Source: a virus
Virus record (IMG/VR): IMGVR_UViG_3300031949_000033
Coordinates: 1-63,171 of that record
DNA length: 63,171 bases
Direction: 5' to 3' (one strand)
Shown here piece by piece: positions 17,577 through 25,841 of the stretch. Both the position numbers and the translations under genes were made by a program. The first letter of the stretch is position 1, and each line of letters begins with the position of its first letter. The notes under the pieces are model-generated. The model had not been told where the DNA came from, ran no database searches, and saw nothing but the letters and a program-made list of their open reading frames with translations.

Positions 17577-19760
17577 CTATACCGGCGGCCCTTTGGTTGG
17601 CGGTGCGGCGAGTCGCCCCGACGCCCCTCTGCCCTCTGGCATGCCATGAATGATTCCTGCCGGACTCTCCGGCGGCGCTCCCGGCGTGCCCATCGGTGGC
17701 TCCTGTTTGCCGGGTACGCCGTGCGGCTGCGGTGCCGGGATCTGGTTCGGCAGGATGAGTTGCCCTTGCTTGAGCGCTGCCGCCAAGTCGTCTGCCGTCA
17801 GCAATCCCTGCGCCCGCAAATAAGCCGAGAGCCGCGCCTTGATGAGCGTCTTCTGCGGCGCGCTCGACAGGTCGACGGCGATATCCTGGATCATCGGGAT
17901 CGGCAAGATGCCTTTCTCGATAAGCTCCATAAGCTCCTCGAACTGCGCGTTGAGGAAGGTCGCCGACAGGCTGGTTTCGTCGACCGCCACGTCGTAGCGA
18001 CCGATGGTTACGTCGTTTACGATGCGCCCTGTGGCATCGGCGATGTTGATGCCGACCGCGTTCCAACTCCCGTTGATGTCCTGCACGCGCAACAGGCGCG
18101 GTTCGGTGTAGAAGCTCTGGATGAGTTCGAGCTTCTTGCGGCCACACATGCGCTTGCTGCGGCGCGCGTTGTCCATGTAGATTTCGATGCCGAGGACGGA
18201 TTGTCTCTGCCTGGCTTCGATGGCCCGCCCCGATTGGACGCGATCCAATTGGCCGAGCGCGCTGTCGTTGATGCCGAGTATTTCCTTGAGGTCGCCGGTA
18301 TTGGCTTTCTCCAGACGCTCCAAGGCGTTCGGCGGAAGGGGCGGCCGGATCTGTTCCGGTTTGCCGTCCGAGCCCCCTTTCCACTCAATGTTGATTCCGG
18401 GTGCCGCACCGAAGTTTTCGATCTTCTCTTTCTCGGCGTCCTCGAGCGCGTTCACATGCCACATCCACCCGGCGAAGGCCTGACGGGTGATGACATCCGT
18501 TTCAGCGGATCGGCGCTTGTTGATCTCCGTTTGCGGGTCCAAGCCGTCCTCCACGATGCCGCGCGTCTTGCCGCGCCGGAAGTACGGAAAGAACGGGATC
18601 TGCGTGAAGCTCTTGTACTTGCTCCAGTCGTCGTAGATGATGATATCGCCGAGAATGGTCGTCCAGCGCACACGCTTGGTCGGTCGCCATTGCACGCGCA
18701 GCGGATTGGCCTTGCCCTGTCTGGCGTACTGTTCGGCGCCCCACATGAGAATTCTTTGCACCGCGGCTTGATCCAGGCGATCTGGAAGCGGTATCTTGTC
18801 GCCGGTCTCCAGGTTGATGATATGCCTGACCATGCTGCGGATACGGTGCTGCATTTCGATCAACCTGATGTTCTTGCGGTAGGGATCGACGACGTTGGCG
18901 ATGTAGTTGTGCACGCTGTAGCCGCCCACCATGCCGTCAGGCTGCTGACCGCCAAAGGTGCGCCATGGCGTGACCTCGGCAAGAGCATCCATCATGTCAG
19001 AGGGCACCCCGCCACGGTACCCGGAACTCCGCACCAGCGGTTCCACCAAACCCGATATCTGCCGCCCGTAGGTGTACTCGACCTCATCCAGGTTGACCCA
19101 TCGGCCCTCGCTGACATGGCCCCAGTCGTCCGGGTCGTAGCTGTCCGCATCGGCGTCCGGCCGGATCGTAAACGGGTCCTTCGAGGTTACCCGCGCGTCG
19201 CCGAGATCGTTGCGCTCGAAACTCAGCCGCCAGTCGTAATAGCCCCTGCCGCCGACGATACCGTCCAGGAAGCACTCGGCATCGACATAGGCTTCGTCGC
19301 AGTTCATGGCGATTTGCTTGGACTGCTTGGTCAACAGATCGGCGACGGCCTCGTCGCTCGCCGTATCGTCGGTGGGCAGATAACGGTTGTCGACGCGGTT
19401 GTTACGGTGATAGCCAATAACCAAACGTACCAGGGCACCGAGCTTGTTGAGGGTGAGCGTGGGGCGGTCTTCCTCGATCGCCTGTCTTATCTCGTCCGCG
19501 CTCCACTGTTTCCCCTCCACGAAGTCGAAGCACTTCTTGGCGATATCCGACCACGCCTGCAAGGCCATGTCGTCGCGCTGGTAGCGCTCGACCATGAGCA
19601 GCAACAGTTCCGGGTTGTGAGCTGCCGGTAGAATCCCGTTGGCGCCCATCATCGGGTTCCACGTCGGATCTTCCCCCCAGATCGGGTCGGTTTTCGCACC
19701 CGGGATCGGCGGCGCCCAGGAAAACCTGCTGGGTATGAAGAGGTTGTCAACGGCTCCCAT
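17577..19760 (-). CDS. Portal protein
   Basis: 727 aa from Met52 of ORF 17577..19913. Its ATG overlaps the TerL stop (TGATG). It contains FVEGKQWSADEIRQAIEEDRPTLTLNKL, a portal/connector-like motif, and lies downstream of the terminase. Confidence 0.75.
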   Translation of the reverse strand: MGAVDNLFIPSRFSWAPPIPGAKTDPIWGEDPTWNPMMGANGILPAAHNPELLLLMVERYQRDDMALQAWSDIAKKCFDFVEGKQWSADEIRQAIEEDRPTLTLNKLGALVRLVIGYHRNNRVDNRYLPTDDTASDEAVADLLTKQSKQIAMNCDEAYVDAECFLDGIVGGRGYYDWRLSFERNDLGDARVTSKDPFTIRPDADADSYDPDDWGHVSEGRWVNLDEVEYTYGRQISGLVEPLVRSSGYRGGVPSDMMDALAEVTPWRTFGGQQPDGMVGGYSVHNYIANVVDPYRKNIRLIEMQHRIRSMVRHIINLETGDKIPLPDRLDQAAVQRILMWGAEQYARQGKANPLRVQWRPTKRVRWTTILGDIIIYDDWSKYKSFTQIPFFPYFRRGKTRGIVEDGLDPQTEINKRRSAETDVITRQAFAGWMWHVNALEDAEKEKIENFGAAPGINIEWKGGSDGKPEQIRPPLPPNALERLEKANTGDLKEILGINDSALGQLDRVQSGRAIEARQRQSVLGIEIYMDNARRSKRMCGRKKLELIQSFYTEPRLLRVQDINGSWNAVGINIADATGRIVNDVTIGRYDVAVDETSLSATFLNAQFEELMELIEKGILPIPMIQDIAVDLSSAPQKTLIKARLSAYLRAQGLLTADDLAAALKQGQLILPNQIPAPQPHGVPGKQEPPMGTPGAPPESPAGIIHGMPEGRGASGRLAAPPTKGPPV

Positions 19761-22700
19761 CAGAGGCGCCCTCCACGCCGGCGCCATGGCTTGGTTCCTG
19801 CCACGCCACGCGCGGTCAATCGCCTCTGCCATTGCGGCGTTGTGTTCAACATGGCCCCCACGGATTCGACGGTGACATATTTCAACGCCAGATACTGTAA
19901 CCCATCGTGACAATTCGAGACGAGCACCCCGTTTGCGTAGAATGTGTGGGTATCCTCGACGGTCAAGTCATAGACGCGCTCTCTTCGACCGTGACAGGGC
20001 TTTACGCCAGCAACCGTTAGAGCATGTTCTGGTGCGTGCGTAGCGGTTGATCTTGAAAGCTGACCCGCAGACTGCACAGCTTCGTTCCTCGTCGTCGACT
20101 CCTGAATCGCGTCTCGCCTTTGACTGACAGGCTGCCGAACAATATCCCTTCTTCGGCGCAAGGGTAACATATCGTTTTTCGCATATCCTGCAAATTCTCT
20201 CCACTGGCTGTCGATTGCTCCAAGCGCGCTTTGCCTGCTCTGCATGCCAACGTCTCCCTTCGTCGCTCGCGTGCCATTGCCTTGCCGCCGGGATAACGCA
20301 GTCGAGCATGTGTCGTTTTGCCTCGTCGGGGTTTTCTCTGACGCGTTTTCGTGAGTGATATGCTGCGTGCGCAGTGTCGCTAAGTAAGTGAAGATTTTCG
20401 ATCGCGTTATGGTCTTTATCTTCGTCGCCGTGATGAATGTCGAACCCGTGAGGGATCGGCCCATTGTGATGCCGCCAAATATCCCGATGCAGATACGTGC
20501 CGCCGAACCTATTGTCGCAACGGTAGTATCCTTCAGGCTTGCGATAATACGTGCGAGCGTTGAAGACAACGGCTTTGTTCTTTCTTGGTCTTCCCATTGT
20601 GCCCCGGCCATCGTTTTCAATACGTCGCCGTATTGTAGTGCATCTGCTCTGACCCTGCCGCGATCCAGGATAAACTCGTGGTCCGCCGTGCAGCACACCG
20701 AATCACAATTTGAGAATCGCACGGTGACGAGGTTGTTAGACATCCTGTTCATCGTCGCCGTTACCCTGCGCGCTCCGTTATGCGTTAGCACCACGTCGCC
20801 GACACTGATCGATTCGATTGGTACACCACCCTCTGCCGTGGCTACGAGCGTGCCCGCGACGAAACAGTGCGAGTATTTGTTTTTGTAAGCCTCATTCTGG
20901 TATCTGGCCTCTCCTGTGACCTGAATGCGCCTATAGTGGTAGCCTCCCTTGAATCCCTTGAGCAATGTTTTCGCGGAACTGTCGATGAGGATGGCCGGTT
21001 CACCGTCGGTCAGTTTGGTGAGAAACCAGGCCACCGCCTCGCGCCGCGGCTGGAATTCGTAGGCTTTGGCCTTCTCCCATTCCCAGTGCCCCTCGTCGAG
21101 AATATCGGCGCAACTGACCTCATCGGACTGCGCCCGCTCTCCAACCTGCGGATCGCAGACGATCCTGTAGCGCCTGTCAACACCGAATCGGTTGGCAAGG
21201 TAGGGCTTCAGAGCGTCGCTCAAAAACGCGCGCAACCCCATACTGCGTTCCCTGGCGCAGCACTCTCCCAATACGAGTAGTTGCCCTTTCGGGCTGCACT
21301 GCCCGGGGACCGCCGCCGGCGACAGTCCGAAGTCCAGGCCGATGTCGATCGGCATGCCTGATATCGGCGTGAGATCGCGTTTCACCCCATGGATTCGCTG
21401 ATTGAATTCCGGGTAACACGGGATGCCGTCAATGACCTTGCCGTAGTTGTTCAGCAGGTAGGTGCTGATCCAGTCCTCGCTCTTGCCGGCGACCAGTTGC
21501 AGCCAGTAGGCCATGCCCATCGGCTGATTGACGACGTTCTCCGCCTCAGGATTCGGGAAGTAACTGCCGTCGATCTTGAGCAGCGCCGGTGGCTGGTCGA
21601 AAAATTCGATGAGCGGTCGATGCACACCGATGCTGGCCAGAACCGCGCGCAGCTTCGCCATCATTTCCTGAATTTCCTTTCCGCGCTCTTCGTCGTCCGG
21701 TCCGACATCCAGGTCGTGCCACCAGTGGTCGTCGTCCATGGAGTTCGTGTCCATGATCACGCCCGCCCAGGTGAACGGAGCACCATCCTTCTTCAGCGGG
21801 AAGCGGCCGACCCGGGCGCTGCCGTCGTCCAATACGAGCTTGTCGAGTTGTCCGGCCTCGTTCAACCATAGCCCGGTCAGGTCCAGCGATTTCAGCTTGC
21901 CGATCGCCGCAGGGTGATCACAGGACATGAAGAGCACTTCCAAATGCATGATGGTGCCGTCGTCCAAAGCAAGCTTGACCGTTGCCTCAATCGGGGCCCC
22001 CCAATTCATCTTGACAACGTCTTCCCCAAACCATGACAAGAACGTGAAAATAGTTGTCGACTCAAGCTGCGGGTAGGTATTACGTATAGCCGCCCAGCGC
22101 GTCCGCCGTATGCCGCGGTCATCCGGTTCCTGCTGGACTGCGCGTAGCGCTATCTCGGCGACGCAGGCGACCGATTTGCCGCTGTTTCCAGTGACGCAGA
22201 TCGAGTCGTTGCGGCGCGTGACGAAAAACCCGGTGGATGTGTGGAAGCAGTATTTCTTGCCGTCCACGGAAGGCACGCGCTCGATGGGTATTTTCCGGCT
22301 GCCGTTGCGGATACCGGCGTATCCTCGCGACGATCCTATCACCCTGTATGACCGACTCCAGCCCGGCTTACGTCCTTCTTGAGTTCCAACCGATGCACGC
22401 CGTCCGCACGCCGAAAACGCGTAGGCGACGAATTCCGCGCAGGCACGATCGGTCGTGTAGTAGCCCCAGTCGCCGTAACCCTGGTCTTCGCTGCCGTCCC
22501 AGCGCAAGCATTCGGCGGCGATGATCTTTAGTTGCGCCGCGCTCGCCTGCCAGTATTTGGCCAAACTCTTGTTGCGCTCCGGCGCTTCGAAGCGAAACGT
22601 GGTTTCGGTAGGACGGTTCGGGTTGTCGTATTCGCTCCATGCGATGCCGGCCATGACAAGCAATTGTCGGACCCGCAATTTTTTGTCGGCGCGACGCACG

Positions 22701-23263
22701 CAGACCGTACAACGCGTCGTTTTTGTGCGCTGCGAAAACGAGCCGTCCGCGCAGACCATGACCATGACGCGCAGCTCGGCGTCGTTGAGGCCGACACCCA
22801 CAGCGTTCTCCGGCGGCGGGAAGCAGCACGGAACCAATCCGGGCCAGCCGTCTTTCAGGTGCTGGTGCTGGAATGCCAAGCCGGCCGCCCTGATTTGCCT
22901 GAGCACGCCGGGTTTGGCTTTGACGAAATACGGGATCAAGTGCTCGTCGCTCGCCATGATGTCGAGCCCGCGCGACTTCAGATGGATGAAAGCGTCGCAG
23001 TCGGCCACGATACGCGAGACCGCCTCGAACCATGAACGGTTGTTCTCCGGGTCGACGACGAGAATTTCCTCGCCTGCCCAGCGATCCATGCGCACCCAGC
23101 CGGTGCGGGTCATAACCTCGTGGTCTGCGGAATTGCACCCGTATGGACCGCGGATACCGCGGATGAACGCGTTGCTCTTGTGAAATCGGGCCGGAGTTTT
23201 CTCGGCGCGGTAGTGGAATCGGAATTCCTGACGCCTGCTGCCGTAGCTTTGGATGGATGTCAT
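19760..23263 (-). CDS. terL: Terminase large subunit precursor (1167 aa) carrying two inteins; mature extein about 531 aa
   Basis: Walker A GPYG/SGKS is split by insert 1. Walker B-like LDLTGLWLNEA is present. The nuclease motif KNKYSH/CHDGLQYL is split by insert 2. The gene lies upstream of the portal. Confidence 0.85.
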   Translation of the reverse strand: MTSIQSYGSRRQEFRFHYRAEKTPARFHKSNAFIRGIRGPYGCNSADHEVMTRTGWVRMDRWAGEEILVVDPENNRSWFEAVSRIVADCDAFIHLKSRGLDIMASDEHLIPYFVKAKPGVLRQIRAAGLAFQHQHLKDGWPGLVPCCFPPPENAVGVGLNDAELRVMVMVCADGSFSQRTKTTRCTVCVRRADKKLRVRQLLVMAGIAWSEYDNPNRPTETTFRFEAPERNKSLAKYWQASAAQLKIIAAECLRWDGSEDQGYGDWGYYTTDRACAEFVAYAFSACGRRASVGTQEGRKPGWSRSYRVIGSSRGYAGIRNGSRKIPIERVPSVDGKKYCFHTSTGFFVTRRNDSICVTGNSGKSVACVAEIALRAVQQEPDDRGIRRTRWAAIRNTYPQLESTTIFTFLSWFGEDVVKMNWGAPIEATVKLALDDGTIMHLEVLFMSCDHPAAIGKLKSLDLTGLWLNEAGQLDKLVLDDGSARVGRFPLKKDGAPFTWAGVIMDTNSMDDDHWWHDLDVGPDDEERGKEIQEMMAKLRAVLASIGVHRPLIEFFDQPPALLKIDGSYFPNPEAENVVNQPMGMAYWLQLVAGKSEDWISTYLLNNYGKVIDGIPCYPEFNQRIHGVKRDLTPISGMPIDIGLDFGLSPAAVPGQCSPKGQLLVLGECCARERSMGLRAFLSDALKPYLANRFGVDRRYRIVCDPQVGERAQSDEVSCADILDEGHWEWEKAKAYEFQPRREAVAWFLTKLTDGEPAILIDSSAKTLLKGFKGGYHYRRIQVTGEARYQNEAYKNKYSHCFVAGTLVATAEGGVPIESISVGDVVLTHNGARRVTATMNRMSNNLVTVRFSNCDSVCCTADHEFILDRGRVRADALQYGDVLKTMAGAQWEDQERTKPLSSTLARIIASLKDTTVATIGSAARICIGIFGGITMGRSLTGSTFITATKIKTITRSKIFTYLATLRTQHITHENASEKTPTRQNDTCSTALSRRQGNGTRATKGDVGMQSRQSALGAIDSQWREFAGYAKNDMLPLRRRRDIVRQPVSQRRDAIQESTTRNEAVQSAGQLSRSTATHAPEHALTVAGVKPCHGRRERVYDLTVEDTHTFYANGVLVSNCHDGLQYLALKYVTVESVGAMLNTTPQWQRRLTARGVAGTKPWRRRGGRL
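19913..20866 (-). mobile_element. Intein 2 (aa 800-1117 of TerL), inserted in the nuclease motif
   Basis: Begins CFVAGTLVATAEGGVPIESISVGDVVLTHNG, contains CTADHEF (block B), and ends VYDLTVEDTHTFYANGVLVSN followed by Cys. The in-frame middle part is not protein-like. Confidence 0.75.
19968..20597 (-). CDS. HNH homing endonuclease ORF nested out of frame inside intein 2
   Basis: MGRPRKNKAVVFNARTYYRKPEGYY...GFDIHHGDEDKDHNAIENLHLLSDTAHAAYH (HNH motif) plus two C-terminal CxxC...CxxxC clusters. The frame is offset by 2 relative to TerL. The full ORF-track extent is 19968..20696. Confidence 0.7.
   Translation of the reverse strand: MGRPRKNKAVVFNARTYYRKPEGYYRCDNRFGGTYLHRDIWRHHNGPIPHGFDIHHGDEDKDHNAIENLHLLSDTAHAAYHSRKRVRENPDEAKRHMLDCVIPAARQWHASDEGRRWHAEQAKRAWSNRQPVERICRICEKRYVTLAPKKGYCSAACQSKARRDSGVDDEERSCAVCGSAFKINRYARTRTCSNGCWRKALSRSKRARL
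22184..23137 (-). mobile_element. Intein 1 (aa 43-360 of TerL) with LAGLIDADG-type endonuclease, inserted in the Walker A P-loop
   Basis: Begins CNSADHEVMTRTGW and has a SDEH block. It carries two LAGLIDADG-like motifs (LRVMVMVCADGSF and IAAECLRWDGSE) and ends FFVTRRNDSICVTGN followed by Ser. Excision restores GPYGSGKS. Confidence 0.75.
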
Positions 23264-23532
23264 CGGCGCCTGAGTTGGTATAGGTCTGCTTTACCGACAA
23301 AGCCGGTGCGCTCTATCTGGTGCTTGGCGGCTTGGATGGCCGAGTAGGCGACGAAACGGTTCAGCCCGGTCCTGACTGCGATTTCGTTGACGGTAAGAGG
23401 GCGCTTTGTTTTCTTCAGCGCTTCTATGACCTGGTTGATGTGTTTTTTAACTATTGAGATCTGCGGCTGCCATGGCGGCGAGGTGATGAGGGCCAGAAAT
23501 GGGTTGGTTCCCACTGCCGGCCGCCTCGCCAT
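23260..23532 (-). CDS. Winged-helix DNA-binding protein immediately upstream of TerL (candidate small terminase or packaging specificity factor)
   Basis: 90 aa from Met29. HINQVIEALKKTKRPLTVNEIAVRTGLNRFVAYSAIQAAKHQIERTG looks like a wHTH. Its stop overlaps the TerL ATG (ATGA). Confidence 0.5.
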   Translation of the reverse strand: MARRPAVGTNPFLALITSPPWQPQISIVKKHINQVIEALKKTKRPLTVNEIAVRTGLNRFVAYSAIQAAKHQIERTGFVGKADLYQLRRR

Positions 23533-23540
23533 GGCCGCTC

Positions 23541-23810
23541 TCAAGCCGCAGACCCCGACAATCGCCTGACCACCATGCGCCAGAACGTCTCGCCTATGAC
23601 GGCCTTGCGTAGCCAACTACCGTCTATGCCCAGCATTGTGCTGGTGCCGGTCCATGATGGGAGTGGACCCCATTGCGCCCAGCCGAACGAGACGCCGATC
23701 CAGTGCCGCCACCGATAGCCGACAAAGAGGTCGAAACCGACGACGGTCACGGTGACCCCCCATTTTCTGGCGTAGTCTTCCTCGCCGATGTCGATGGCAG
23801 CAATCCTCAT
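23541..23810 (-). CDS. Hypothetical protein (Trp-rich, hydrophobic)
   Basis: 89-aa ORF in the operon, coupled to its neighbours. Confidence 0.5.
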   Translation of the reverse strand: MRIAAIDIGEEDYARKWGVTVTVVGFDLFVGYRWRHWIGVSFGWAQWGPLPSWTGTSTMLGIDGSWLRKAVIGETFWRMVVRRLSGSAA

Positions 23811-24040
23811 AGCCGTCTCCCGGCATCGATGACGGCGATGCGCGCGGCGAGGATTGCGCTGTAGTCCTGCATGGCGCCGCGCTGGGCGAGCAGCCGATAA
23901 TACTCGTCTGCCGTGATGGTGCTCGAAGCCCTATCGCGATTGGCTTCGATGAATGTACGCAGGCTGGCGAGCTTCTGGTCGAGTTCGCGCTTTTCCTCGA
24001 CTACCCGCTCGTACCACGCTAAGCCTTTGGCTTCGGCCAT
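23807..24040 (-). CDS. Hypothetical helical protein
   Basis: 77-aa ORF with an ATGA overlap to the downstream gene. Confidence 0.55.
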   Translation of the reverse strand: MAEAKGLAWYERVVEEKRELDQKLASLRTFIEANRDRASSTITADEYYRLLAQRGAMQDYSAILAARIAVIDAGRRL

Positions 24041-24351
24041 GGCTTTCTGCCGTGGACCACGGCGCCCTCGGTGATTTCAGCGGTGGGCGGCATATCGCGG
24101 GCGCGGATTTCGCGGTACGTGAACTCCGCCGAGGGTATCTTGTCCTCTGCTTCGACGTAGAAAACCCGGCCGCTGTTGTGCTGCGCCCGATAGACTGTTC
24201 GGTTGGGATCCCGCCCGACCGTCGCGCCCGTCGCGTTCATTTCGCCTGTCCGCAATAGGCCGAATGTCGAATCAACGCTCCCGAAACGCACTACGCTGGG
24301 TGCCGAATCAACGCTCCCTAGACCGTCGCCACGGTCGTCCTGTCTCGCCAT
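24019..24351 (-). CDS. Hypothetical protein
   Basis: 110-aa ORF with an internal GSVDS duplication. Confidence 0.5.
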   Translation of the reverse strand: MARQDDRGDGLGSVDSAPSVVRFGSVDSTFGLLRTGEMNATGATVGRDPNRTVYRAQHNSGRVFYVEAEDKIPSAEFTYREIRARDMPPTAEITEGAVVHGRKPWPKPKA

Positions 24352-24368
24352 AGCTGCCCCCTTTTTTC

Positions 24369-24674
24369 CTAGATGAGTTGACCCAGGGAATCGAGCGTGT
24401 CCTCGAAGCGCAGCCTGAGGTCATTCAGGCGATCCAGGACCATGCCCAATTCGGTGTCGAGCGACGGTTTTGCTGCGACGACATTCGAGTCTGCGGGCCG
24501 CGGTGCCTGGGCATTATGCCTTACCGGATTGCCAAGGCGATGCACGGCGTTTTCGAGTTTCGACTGCAACTCGTTTTGAGTCGTTATTGCTGCGTGGATG
24601 TTTCTTGCCAACGAAGAAAGTGTCGGCGGTAGTTTCTGCTCAGCCTGTTGATCTGGCTCTTTGTACATGGTCAA
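24369..24674 (-). CDS. Hypothetical helical protein
   Basis: 101-aa ORF. Confidence 0.55.
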   Translation of the reverse strand: MTMYKEPDQQAEQKLPPTLSSLARNIHAAITTQNELQSKLENAVHRLGNPVRHNAQAPRPADSNVVAAKPSLDTELGMVLDRLNDLRLRFEDTLDSLGQLI

Positions 24675-24692
24675 TCTCCTGTTTTGGTTGAA

Positions 24693-24947
24693 CTACGATC
24701 CGACCCTCTCGTCAGTCCCGGTCCAAACGTAATGCGCCACCGGGAAATGGCTCTTGCAGGTCGGGCAAAACGTGGTCGAGTAGTGCCCGGTGTCGCGGGC
24801 GAAGTTCTCCGCGGTGCGCCCCGGGATCGTCGTCGGTTTCCCGCAGCCCGGGCTCGACCCATCCTCAGGCCCTACGTGGGTGTAACTCGGTCGCACGGGG
24901 CGCACAAAGCCCTTGGCACGCTCGTCATCGGTCAATGTGATGTTCAT
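24693..24947 (-). CDS. Small Cys-containing protein, paralogue A of 25842..26210
   Basis: 84 aa from MNITLTDDERAKGFVRPVRPSYTHVG...GCGKPTT...TTFCPTCKSHFPVAHYVWTGTDERVGS, with AAGGGAGA RBS. The pattern is shared with the 122-aa paralogue. Confidence 0.6.
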   Translation of the reverse strand: MNITLTDDERAKGFVRPVRPSYTHVGPEDGSSPGCGKPTTIPGRTAENFARDTGHYSTTFCPTCKSHFPVAHYVWTGTDERVGS

Positions 24948-24957
24948 CGTATCTCCC

Positions 24958-25224
24958 TTAGGGATTCTGATATTCCAGCCGCCGATCGTTCCCGATGGCG
25001 TGCCCGGTATGAAAGTCCCGCGTTTCGCCATTACCCACTCCTTGGTTGGTCTTCGCATTGCGCACTGGCAGGATGCACGCCACCACGCCTTCGCAGATTG
25101 TTTCACGTGGAACCCTGTCCTGCCTTGGTTTGACGTTCAATACCTTCCCCAGCACGTCGCAGGCGCGCTCTTCGTAGAGATCGTCCGGCGTGAACAACAA
25201 ATCGAGCACTGTGCGCGGTTTCAT
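24958..25224 (-). CDS. Hypothetical protein
   Basis: 88-aa ORF that fills the gap between the HNH gene and paralogue A. Confidence 0.4.
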   Translation of the reverse strand: MKPRTVLDLLFTPDDLYEERACDVLGKVLNVKPRQDRVPRETICEGVVACILPVRNAKTNQGVGNGETRDFHTGHAIGNDRRLEYQNP

Positions 25225-25325
25225 CGGTCGCTATCATCCCATCTTTTTGGCAATACGGGAAGCCTTTTGGGATAAGTACGGTTTCTCCAACCGCACGCGG
25301 GCTTGGTAGTGCTGAGCGGCGGCGT

Positions 25326-25670
25326 TCATGCGAATAAATCCCGCACGGCCTTGCGCTTATGCCGTGTCTGGCTGGCATTGCGCATGTGGTGCTCGTGATC
25401 GTAGGCAAGATGGCACCTGTTACACCATGCCTTGAGGTTCGGCCTGTTACCTGGGACTCCGACATCTTCGGGAACATGATTAAGGTGGGCAACGGTAAGT
25501 ACAACTTTTGATCCAGTCACCGGATGTTTCGCATAGTTCGCCACCCGACAATCTGGAAACATCGGCGATCCTTCGCACTTATGACCGGCACGCTCCAGCA
25601 CCTCCTGTCGGATCTGTTTCCAGTCCCTCGGGTAGCGCACGGCGTTCTCTTTTTTAATCGGCATTGCCAC
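25326..25670 (-). CDS. Free-standing HNH endonuclease
   Basis: 114 aa: ...RAGHKCEGSPMFPDCRV...VLTVAHLNHVPEDVG..NRPNLKAWCNRCHLAYDHEHH. This gives a CxxxxxxxC ... H-N-H ... CxxCH layout. Confidence 0.7.
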   Translation of the reverse strand: MAMPIKKENAVRYPRDWKQIRQEVLERAGHKCEGSPMFPDCRVANYAKHPVTGSKVVLTVAHLNHVPEDVGVPGNRPNLKAWCNRCHLAYDHEHHMRNASQTRHKRKAVRDLFA

Positions 25671-25841
25671 AGCCCAGCTTTTCCAAAATTCGCTTCGCCA
25701 CGTCCGAGAGCGTACCTTCAGCCTCCAGAATCGACAGGAGGGAGAAAAGTGGCATGGTATACTCGCATCGGCGCTCGGTAGCCCGCTTGACCTTTGCGAT
25801 ACGCAGGAAAAATCTGCTTCTCGCGCGTCTGGCTAGAACGC

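Noticed and set aside
17538-19631. 697-aa plus-strand ORF. Similar long antisense ORFs: 586..1644 (+), 5123..6385 (+), 16098..17510 (+), 38420..39376 (+), 40173..41285 (+) and 45655..46527 (-).
   Set aside because: All lie antisense to genes with clear protein motifs (portal, hub, capsid-module, fibre, ATPase, annealing protein, RusA). Their products are Arg/Ala/Gly/Pro-rich and low in complexity, and they lack RBSs. These are typical shadow ORFs of GC-rich DNA.
19761-19913. Upstream 51 codons of the portal ORF.
   Set aside because: They overlap the TerL C-terminus. Met52 gives a TGATG stop-start coupling with TerL, and portal-like sequence begins after it.
25103-25504. 133-aa minus-strand ORF overlapping the HNH gene.
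   Set aside because: The alternative frame 25326..25670 carries a complete HNH motif. The 133-aa product is not protein-like.
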